Of a DNA stretch of 64,000 bases, positions 32,563-39,752 are shown piece after piece. The position numbers were made by a program, and so were the translations under genes. The notes below the pieces were generated by a model. The model saw nothing but the letters and a program-made list of their open reading frames with translations, searched no databases and had not been told where the DNA came from. The stretch spans positions 2,956,322-3,020,321 of the forward strand of contig OZ241894.1 of the NCBI GenBank assembly GCA_965203575.1, given 5' to 3'. Position 1 is the stretch's first letter. Every line of letters begins with the position of its first letter. This DNA is from Candidatus Aldehydirespirator sp. Its GTDB lineage: Bacteria > Actinomycetota > Acidimicrobiia > Acidimicrobiales > Aldehydirespiratoraceae.

Positions 32563-34776
32563 TCACACGCAGGACAGCGGGCCCAGGGCAGTGGCAGCGC
32601 CGGTGACGTTGAACTCCATGCCCTCAGCGTTGCCGACTGTGCTTCCGGGGATGACGGTGAGATACAGCGTGCCCGCTTGGGTGGTTGCCAGCCTGGAAGC
32701 GAGCGACGACCGCTCCGACGCCCACACCGCGCTGTCCGGGTCCTCGTTACTCCACCAGTCGTTCTCAGTCACGGGCGTTGACATCGCCGGGGCGATGCGC
32801 CACCTGACTGTTGAACGGTCGTATGTGAAATCGTTGAAGATCAAGAACGGTGTGATCACGAAGACAGCGTCGTTTCCGGACGCTCCACGGGTGCCGCACC
32901 TGATGACCAACACCGGTGGTTCTTGCCAGTCGTAAGCTCCGTATGCCCTGCCTTGAACGAACGCGACCACGTAGGAACCGTCTATGTTCTCACCTGACTG
33001 CGTGTTCCATTCGCCCCCTGTCGACTGGCCGAACGGCCTGGGCGGAGCATTCGTGGGCCAGTCGCATGAATGCCTCAAGAACGAGACAGCGTCTTCCACG
33101 CCACGCAACGAGAACTCTGAGCGGATGGCTAGCCGCTCCCTGTGGTCCTGCCCCTCAAAGACGAGCCTGTCCGCTCGTCGCAGCGGTGAGGTGAAACCTC
33201 GAGCGTGGCCGTCAACGGCGACGGAATGGGCGCCGTCTTGGCTCACCCACCAGTTCCTCTCGGTCTCGGTGCCTCCATCGAACGAGTACACGACTTGGAC
33301 TCGGCCATCGGCGTTCCCTCTCACCGGCAGGCCGCCCCACCAGACTCCCAGCCAGTAAGGAGTCTGAAGGTTGGTGGAAGAGCAGGACAGGTACAGGTAC
33401 GGCTCCCAGTCGCAGCCGTCCATCAAGGCGTCGTCATGGTCGGTGATGGTGTACTTGTCGGTCCACAGATATGCAGACCCGCCGTCCGAGTCCCTGTGAT
33501 GCCACCATCCTCCGGTGCCCTCAGTCCATCCAGGCTCATCGACGGTTCCTGGCTCTTCACCGAAGCACTCAACCCACGATAAGCCGCCGGATACTCTCGA
33601 CGGTCCTCCGGTCGTGATCCGGGGCATCCGCTCGGTGAGGGTCGATGAAGCTATGGCGTACGAGATGCCCTCAACGTCCAGGTGGACCAACTTGGCGACG
33701 ACCATGCCCACGACTCTGCCGCATGAGTCCAGCAGCGGTCCTCCGCTGTTGCCCGGGGACACGGCTGCGTCGGTGACGATCAAGGTGCCCAGATCATCGT
33801 CCTCATCAATGCGTGACACCACGCCGCGCGTGATTGACGCACTGGATCCGTGACCGAGCGGGAACCCGACGGCGTAGACGGTGTCGCCCGGTTCGATGTC
33901 GGACATTCTCCCGAACTGCATGACCGGTATGCCCTGCCCACTGGCTTGAAGAAGCGCCACATCAGCCGCCAGATCCCCGCCGAGTATGGAAGCGTCCCTG
34001 CTGATGTCTCCCAGAGCGAGCCTCACTTCAGTGCTGTTCTGCACGACATGGGCCGCTGTCAGCCATCTCTGCCCGCCCACATAGAATGCCGAGCCGGTCC
34101 CGCCGCCGGTGTCGACGCGCCAGACAGCCTTCGTCGCTTGGGAGGACGAGAACACACATTCACCCGTGCCGACCTGAGAATCGTCAGGATCCTCGCCTGG
34201 CGGTGCAGTCCTCCACCCGGGCAGGGATCCGTCCGGCAGAGGCACCTGATCGAAGTAGCCCAGACCCGCCAAACAGTTCAACGCGTCTCGCTTGAAACTG
34301 CTCTCAGAAGAGAGGTCCACGAATCGGTCAGCCGACGCGCAGCCACTCAACGCAGCACGGCCCCCGGGCATCTCGTCACGCACGAACTTGTAGGTGAGCA
34401 CACCGAACCAGCCTTTGGAGAGCCTCTGGTCCGGATGGAACAACCTGCCCTGACTGGGTGACCCGCTGGGCGCGGGCACTTCGTCGAAGTAACCCATGTC
34501 CGCCAGACAGTTCAAGGCGTCTCGCTTGAACTGAGACTCATCGCCCAAGTCATCGAAGCTGTTGGACTGGTCGCACTCGCTGAGCGCTGCGGCACCGCCC
34601 GGCATCTCGTCACGCACGAACTTGTAGGTGAGCACTCCGAACCAGCCTTTGGAGAGCCTCTGGTCCGGATGGAAGAATTCGCTCGTCACCGCAGCCGCTG
34701 AAACGGGTACGACGCTCAACGTGACGATCGCGACAAGAACGGTGACCTTCACCGAGAGCTTCAAGAATGAGGCCAT
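32563..34776 (-). CDS. Secreted multidomain trypsin-like (S1/HtrA-type) serine protease
   Basis: 737-aa ORF with signal peptide MASFLKLSVKVTVLVAIVTLSVVPVSAAA. Two ~78-aa SLH-like repeats. Protease core motifs TAAHVV (His), DVALL (Asp) and GNSGGPL (Ser). About 330-aa C-terminal region with two related Trp-rich, Cys-bracketed modules. Confidence 0.8.
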   Translation of the reverse strand: MASFLKLSVKVTVLVAIVTLSVVPVSAAAVTSEFFHPDQRLSKGWFGVLTYKFVRDEMPGGAAALSECDQSNSFDDLGDESQFKRDALNCLADMGYFDEVPAPSGSPSQGRLFHPDQRLSKGWFGVLTYKFVRDEMPGGRAALSGCASADRFVDLSSESSFKRDALNCLAGLGYFDQVPLPDGSLPGWRTAPPGEDPDDSQVGTGECVFSSSQATKAVWRVDTGGGTGSAFYVGGQRWLTAAHVVQNSTEVRLALGDISRDASILGGDLAADVALLQASGQGIPVMQFGRMSDIEPGDTVYAVGFPLGHGSSASITRGVVSRIDEDDDLGTLIVTDAAVSPGNSGGPLLDSCGRVVGMVVAKLVHLDVEGISYAIASSTLTERMPRITTGGPSRVSGGLSWVECFGEEPGTVDEPGWTEGTGGWWHHRDSDGGSAYLWTDKYTITDHDDALMDGCDWEPYLYLSCSSTNLQTPYWLGVWWGGLPVRGNADGRVQVVYSFDGGTETERNWWVSQDGAHSVAVDGHARGFTSPLRRADRLVFEGQDHRERLAIRSEFSLRGVEDAVSFLRHSCDWPTNAPPRPFGQSTGGEWNTQSGENIDGSYVVAFVQGRAYGAYDWQEPPVLVIRCGTRGASGNDAVFVITPFLIFNDFTYDRSTVRWRIAPAMSTPVTENDWWSNEDPDSAVWASERSSLASRLATTQAGTLYLTVIPGSTVGNAEGMEFNVTGAATALGPLSCV

Positions 34777-34855
34777 CAGATCGAGCGAGCAACGGGCACG
34801 CCACCCAGTCTAAGTCCGCACGCTGGATCGGCTGTTGTGAGGGACGGCGAACTGC

Positions 34856-34889
34856 GGACGGGATCGCCGACCCCTGGTCCGTGCCGAGT
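34856..34889 (+). repeat. Right copy of the 34-bp imperfect direct repeat
   Basis: See 30709..30742. Confidence 0.9.
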
Positions 34890-34894
34890 TGCGC

Positions 34895-35350
34895 TCAACT
34901 GTGGTTGATCGGAGCCACGCCCTTGAGCTTCAGAAGCAGCCATCGACCGAGCTTCAACCACGGGTAGCCCAGACGCGCGGCCACCGGGGAATTGAACGCC
35001 AGCCGGTTGATCCTGTTGAACACGCCGCGGCTCTCGGCGAGGAGCGCAAGCTCGTTGAGCGCCTCGTGACCGACGTAGTAGCGCCCGTCCACTATTGCGA
35101 CCATGCCGTCGTTGAGATCGTGCGGCAGGCCGCGAACCTCCTCCACGACCGGACCGCCCTGGCGAGCATCGATGAGGGTGAGTTCCTTGACCGACTGCTT
35201 GAGCCTCAGGAATTGGGCGTAGTTGCTGCACAACGGGCACTCGCCGTCATAGACCAACCGAATCTGGTCGACCCGCCCGCGCTGGTCCGCCGATCGGAGG
35301 CGCTTCACCGCGCGGAAGGGTATACCAATGATCGGCAGGGACTGCATCAA
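34895..35350 (-). CDS. DCC-family (DUF393) thiol-disulfide oxidoreductase
   Basis: 151-aa ORF with the family motif YDGECPLCSNY. Confidence 0.8.
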   Translation of the reverse strand: MMQSLPIIGIPFRAVKRLRSADQRGRVDQIRLVYDGECPLCSNYAQFLRLKQSVKELTLIDARQGGPVVEEVRGLPHDLNDGMVAIVDGRYYVGHEALNELALLAESRGVFNRINRLAFNSPVAARLGYPWLKLGRWLLLKLKGVAPINHS

Positions 35351-35394
35351 CGCTATCCGCCAGGCAGTTCAAGGCTAGTGCTGTGCGGATCGTC

Positions 35395-38376
35395 CTAGGG
35401 CGGGGATATCCCGGCAAAGCCCAGGTCGAGGCCGTCGCGCGTCTCGCTGGCTCGGCCCAGGAAGTGGCTGTCGTCGACGGTCCAGGTGTGCTCGTCGCCG
35501 TGTCGCACCCGCAGGTATCCGGCACCGTGGGTCCAGTAGATCCTGCCTCCCACCGCGGCGACGTCTTGGGCGAGGGCGATGTCGACCCGGCGCGGCACGC
35601 GGCGCCAGCCGCCCGCGGCGCCGAGATCGTGCCGTGCGATGATCAGCACGCCCCCGGACACGCCGACGAACGGTATGAAGCGTTCCGAGAACCTCTGACG
35701 GTGGGCGTCTCGCACCGTCTTATCGAGTCTCGCCAGGTACACGTACTCGGCTGACTTCCCCACCAACTCGGCCCGGGAGTACTCGTGGGCCAGCACCAGG
35801 TCCCAGACGTGCTCGCGGGCATAGAAGTCGTCGTCGTCCATCTTGGTGAGCAGCGTGCCCGAGGATGCTTCGACGGCCGCGTTGAGAACGGCCCCGAGAG
35901 GCCTGTCGGCATCCACTCGCACCACTTGCACCGGATGCTGCAGGGTGCCGGTGAGCGCGGCGATCTCCGAGTCGCCGCCGAAGCCGTCACCGTGGAGGGC
36001 AAGAACCAGCTCCAGGCGCGGATAGGTCTGGGACCGCACGGTGTCGATGACCTCGCCCAGTCTCTCGGGCCGCCTCGTGGGCGCGAGGATGGAGACCTCC
36101 GGCCCGGGAGCGTCCATGCCCGTCGCGTCCAGAATCTGTCGGGCGCGGCTTCGCAGCGAGTGGTCCCGCAGCGCGCAGCGCCGCATGGCGATGCTCAACA
36201 GCTCCCGCTCATGGGCGGAGGCACGCGCCAAGGCCGGGCCGGCCAGCAGGTCGTGCAGCTGCTCGCCGAGGCACTCCTTCAGGTCGGCGTCGGGATCGGG
36301 AACGCTGACCAGGACGCCGGCCGCGGCCAGAGCGGCCAGAGTCGCCGCCCGCTGCTGGGCGCTCCGGTGGAATGTCGCCCGATCCTCTAGGTGGTGCAGG
36401 GAACGCAGCTCGTCCAGAAGGTCTCCGCCGATCCGATGGCTGAAGATCCCGCGCCCGGCGGGGGGAAGCTGCGAGCGCAGCGTCGCGGATGCGGGCTCGT
36501 GAGCCGCCGACCACCCGATGGGGTTCACCGCCTCGGCGTCGAATGCCTGAACGGAGAGTCGGGGACTCAGCTCGTCCAGCACCGCCACCGCCGGGCGGGA
36601 GTGGGCGGTCGGCCTGCTCGCGACCGAGAGCGCCGCTGGGGGTGAGTCGACCAGCACGACGTCCACATGGTGGTCGCCGGCTGAGGAGGTCACCCTGGCC
36701 GATGCCGCCAGCACGGCCGACGCGACCCTCCCGGAGGCAGTTATCTCGGCCCCGAGCGGGTAGCGGGCCAGTCGAGGGACGTAACGGCGGCTCCTGGCCT
36801 GCAGGCCCAGCCAGATCTTGAGACGCTTACGAACCCGCCGCAACCTCCAGCGGACATTCCGGAGGCGCCACCAGACGGCGCGGACGATCATGGCCGCGAG
36901 CCGCCCCACATCCGGAAGGCTGCGGATCCGTAGCGCGGTTCCGAACACGGTCGTTACATGCCGCCGGAATCGAGTCCAGACTCCCAACAGAGCCTTGACG
37001 GGTCCACGCAGCCGAGCAGCCAGCCGACTCTGGGGTTGCGGTTCCTGGATGACCCTGAGCGAGTCCACATCCAACTCGACGACACTTCCGACATCGGATA
37101 AGGCCAGGTTGCAGCGTCGGGCCCGATTGAGTGCCCAGGCCCTGGTGATGGTGACCCGGTGTCCCGAGGCGAGGTCGGACTGACCCGAGGCGGCCTCTCC
37201 GAGCTGCTGGCGCAACCGCCCGATCATCCTGGGCGTTACCTCGGCACCGGCGGGAACCGTGGCGAAGAACGCGGCTGCCGGATGGGCCCGCGCCGCGCCT
37301 CCGGCCGCCCCGACTTCTATCCGCGGGTCCGGGTCGAGCAGCCGGTGGAGCCTCTCCAAGCGCTCCGTTGGACGCTCCTCGACCCAGACGAACAGGTCGT
37401 GCACGTCGCTCGCCAGGACCTGCTCGACGGTCGTCAGGATGACGTCGGACTCAGCGTGGCCCGGGTCCACCGCCACCACGACCTGCGGAACCGTGAAGGA
37501 CCGTCCCGGCGCGGCGCAGCGCAGCCGCCGGTCGGGGATGAGATGCGACACCTTGTCGCGCTGCTGGTCCAGGCTGGCGGTCTCGCTCTCAGTAAGGGCA
37601 GCGCCGGGACCCTGGTGCCAGCACAGGGCGCCGCGCTCGGGGGCCAGCACCGCTCCGAGGGCGTAGGCCCGCCATCCGAACTCGATGTCCTCGGCCCCCC
37701 ACTGCGTGAACGACTCGTCGAACATTCCCACCTCGGCGAAGAACGCGGCCGACACGCCGAAGTTCCCGCTGGTGACGACCCTGAAGATGTCGTCGGAGCC
37801 GTCTGTGAGGTCGTCGGTGCGAGCCATCCGGCGCTCTATCCATTCGGGGCGCTGCACCGGTCGCTCTGCGAGGAGCTCCTCGAGAGAGCCGGGCCGGCCC
37901 CTGACCGCGCCGGCGTCGATGCCTTCGAAGTCGACGTGCCGGCGGAACCCGAGAGTCACGACATCGCAGGCCGCGTGGTGCCAGCGGGCGTGGGAGGCCA
38001 GCCATCCGGCTTCGGGCACCATGTCGCAGTCGAGGAACACGAGGATGTCTCCGTTCGCCGCTCGTGCTCCGTTGTTCCGGGCTCGAGCCGCCCCGAAGCC
38101 GAGGTCCTCCTGGTGGATCACCCGCACCCGCGACGATGTCGGCCGGCCCAGCTCCAGCGGCGGGTCCGAGCCGTCGTCCACCACGACCACCTCGAAGAGT
38201 TCCCGCGGGTAGGTCTGAGCCTCGAGCCCGGCGAGTGTGAGGGCCAGCTCCTCGGGCGCCTCGAAGTAGGGGATCACGACGGTGACGGCCATGCCGGGCT
38301 CGAAGAGCTCGACCGGCGCGACCGGCAGCGAGCGCCAGTCGTTTCCGCGCACTCCTGCGGGAGGCGGGGCGGTCAT
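35395..38376 (-). CDS. Large (~993 aa) dual-GT2 glycosyltransferase, putative glycopolymer synthase (paralog A)
   Basis: ORF 35395..39057(-) trimmed to ATG 38376..38374, which overlaps the upstream stop (ATGA). N-terminal GT2 motifs VVIPYFEAPE, VVVDDGSDPP, LDCDM and QWGAEDIEFGWR. C-terminal GT2 motifs SILAPTRRPE, SQTYPRLELV and TKMDDDDFY. Confidence 0.8.
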   Translation of the reverse strand: MTAPPPAGVRGNDWRSLPVAPVELFEPGMAVTVVIPYFEAPEELALTLAGLEAQTYPRELFEVVVVDDGSDPPLELGRPTSSRVRVIHQEDLGFGAARARNNGARAANGDILVFLDCDMVPEAGWLASHARWHHAACDVVTLGFRRHVDFEGIDAGAVRGRPGSLEELLAERPVQRPEWIERRMARTDDLTDGSDDIFRVVTSGNFGVSAAFFAEVGMFDESFTQWGAEDIEFGWRAYALGAVLAPERGALCWHQGPGAALTESETASLDQQRDKVSHLIPDRRLRCAAPGRSFTVPQVVVAVDPGHAESDVILTTVEQVLASDVHDLFVWVEERPTERLERLHRLLDPDPRIEVGAAGGAARAHPAAAFFATVPAGAEVTPRMIGRLRQQLGEAASGQSDLASGHRVTITRAWALNRARRCNLALSDVGSVVELDVDSLRVIQEPQPQSRLAARLRGPVKALLGVWTRFRRHVTTVFGTALRIRSLPDVGRLAAMIVRAVWWRLRNVRWRLRRVRKRLKIWLGLQARSRRYVPRLARYPLGAEITASGRVASAVLAASARVTSSAGDHHVDVVLVDSPPAALSVASRPTAHSRPAVAVLDELSPRLSVQAFDAEAVNPIGWSAAHEPASATLRSQLPPAGRGIFSHRIGGDLLDELRSLHHLEDRATFHRSAQQRAATLAALAAAGVLVSVPDPDADLKECLGEQLHDLLAGPALARASAHERELLSIAMRRCALRDHSLRSRARQILDATGMDAPGPEVSILAPTRRPERLGEVIDTVRSQTYPRLELVLALHGDGFGGDSEIAALTGTLQHPVQVVRVDADRPLGAVLNAAVEASSGTLLTKMDDDDFYAREHVWDLVLAHEYSRAELVGKSAEYVYLARLDKTVRDAHRQRFSERFIPFVGVSGGVLIIARHDLGAAGGWRRVPRRVDIALAQDVAAVGGRIYWTHGAGYLRVRHGDEHTWTVDDSHFLGRASETRDGLDLGFAGISPP

Positions 38377-39752
38377 CCGTCCGCGCCCGATGACTCGCTG
38401 TGCGGCGCGGCTGCGGCCGATGGCTCCGCGGCGGCAGGGGCCGGTCTGAGAGCAGCGGCCATCAGCAGCACCCAGATGTAGGAGAACCATAGGACGAAGC
38501 TCTCCGTGAGGTTCTCCACGATCAGGAAGGTTACGAGGGCGGCGCCGAACCATGTGTCGGGGCCGGGGCGCCGCCACAGGGCCGAGCCGGCGTTGCGGGC
38601 GGCCAGCAGGACGATCACCGTGAACGGCACCGCGCCCAGCAGCCCCAGTCCCAGGCCCACCTCGACGAGGCTGCTGTGGGCGCTGCCCCGGCGCAGGAGC
38701 GCGTGCTGGGTCAACTCCTCGATGTCCCAGAACGTGAAGAAGCCGTGCCCGAGCACCGGGCGTTGCACGATCCGGTCCCACACCAGGCCCCATATCTCGC
38801 GCCGCTGGCTGAACGTGGGCACGTCCCACTGCACGGCTACTGCCGCGACCGTGGCCGTGGTGGTCAGGGCCGCCGTCGTGACCGTCACTGTCCTGGCCGT
38901 AGCGGCGCGGCAACGTCGGCTGAGCCAGGGGTGAGACCCGACCACGGTTGCAGCCGTGGCCGCAACCGCCAGCGAGATCCATGCAGTGCGACTTCCGGCG
39001 CCGGCGAGCACTGCGACTGCCACGGCCGCACCGCCTGCCGCGGCGACGCGTCGCCAACCTGGGGACGCCAGCAGGTAACGGACGCTGACCAGGACTCCGA
39101 CCGCGGCCAGCGGTGCGAGCGAGTTGCGGTTGGTGTAGACGCCCTTCCAGTTGCCGTCAGGATCGAGTCCCAAATCGGGGCGCAGCCATACCAGGAGGAG
39201 GCTTGCTGCCACGGCGGCGCCCGCGACCGCAGACAACACCGCGGCCGTCTCGTCGTAGTCGAAGCCGGCGACCGCCCAGGCCAACAGGGCCATGCCCGCA
39301 TAGACGGACGAGCGCCACGCCGTGGCCGCGGGATCGACGCTCCACAGCGTGGACGCCACCGCGGCCAACGTGAAGCAGCCCACTGCGGCCACCGCAACCC
39401 GCGAGGAACGATCCCGCGGCCGGCCGGTGGCGCCCAGCACCCGGCGTGCGGCCAGGACCGCCCCGCACATCGCGGCTGCAGCCAGCACCGGCCAGACCGC
39501 GTGGTCCTCCCATCGGCCGGTGCGATCCAGCACACGCTTGGAGAACAGCAGAACCGGGCCGTTGGTGAAGACGAGCAGAGCCCCGGCGGCGACCGCCGCG
39601 GCCCCCCAGTGAAATGAGGTGGTGCTCCCGGAGGTCTCGGACGGTGTCGCCCGGCGGGATGAGGCGTCCCGCCCGGCAGCTTCAGGCGACGCCGGCGAAG
39701 CGGAGGTCGCAGCCGTCGTGAACCTCGGCGGCCTGCTCCAGGAAATACTCAT
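38373..39752 (-). CDS. O-antigen ligase/polymerase-like (Wzy_C family) polytopic membrane protein
   Basis: ORF 38373..39839(-) with motifs GVYTNRNSLA, GSRTAW and a periplasmic-loop HSSLVEVGLGLG. The start is uncertain: in-frame ATGs at 39839, 39782 and 39752 all lie inside the upstream gene's 3' end, and there is no ATG downstream of 39682 before the first TM helix. Confidence 0.65.
   Translation of the reverse strand: MSISWSRPPRFTTAATSASPASPEAAGRDASSRRATPSETSGSTTSFHWGAAAVAAGALLVFTNGPVLLFSKRVLDRTGRWEDHAVWPVLAAAAMCGAVLAARRVLGATGRPRDRSSRVAVAAVGCFTLAAVASTLWSVDPAATAWRSSVYAGMALLAWAVAGFDYDETAAVLSAVAGAAVAASLLLVWLRPDLGLDPDGNWKGVYTNRNSLAPLAAVGVLVSVRYLLASPGWRRVAAAGGAAVAVAVLAGAGSRTAWISLAVAATAATVVGSHPWLSRRCRAATARTVTVTTAALTTTATVAAVAVQWDVPTFSQRREIWGLVWDRIVQRPVLGHGFFTFWDIEELTQHALLRRGSAHSSLVEVGLGLGLLGAVPFTVIVLLAARNAGSALWRRPGPDTWFGAALVTFLIVENLTESFVLWFSYIWVLLMAAALRPAPAAAEPSAAAAPHSESSGADG

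Larger units (their letters stand above)
30709..34889. mobile_element. Candidate genomic islet bounded by 34-bp direct repeats (no integrase or transposase present)
   Basis: Direct repeats at both ends, visibly lower GC than the flanks and AT-rich internal intergenic DNA (32423..32562). It carries two cargo genes unrelated to the flanking functions. Confidence 0.35.

Noticed and set aside
30779-34776. AlbA_2/HATPase protein plus protease as a two-gene anti-phage defence system.
   Set aside because: The protease has a clear Sec signal peptide and wall-binding-type repeats, so it acts outside the cell. AlbA_2/HATPase_c_4 proteins are common stand-alone regulators. No nuclease, NTPase-effector or other defence hallmark is adjacent.
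38377-39057. N-terminal extensions of several track ORFs: 35395..39057, 45743..47641, 53472..55580, 55745..58546, 1768..3006, 986..2155 and 8559..11543.
   Set aside because: The extensions overlap upstream genes that have good motifs, and they are low-complexity Arg/Pro/Gly sequence. Internal starts that coincide with 4-nt stop-start overlaps or sensible N-termini were preferred.
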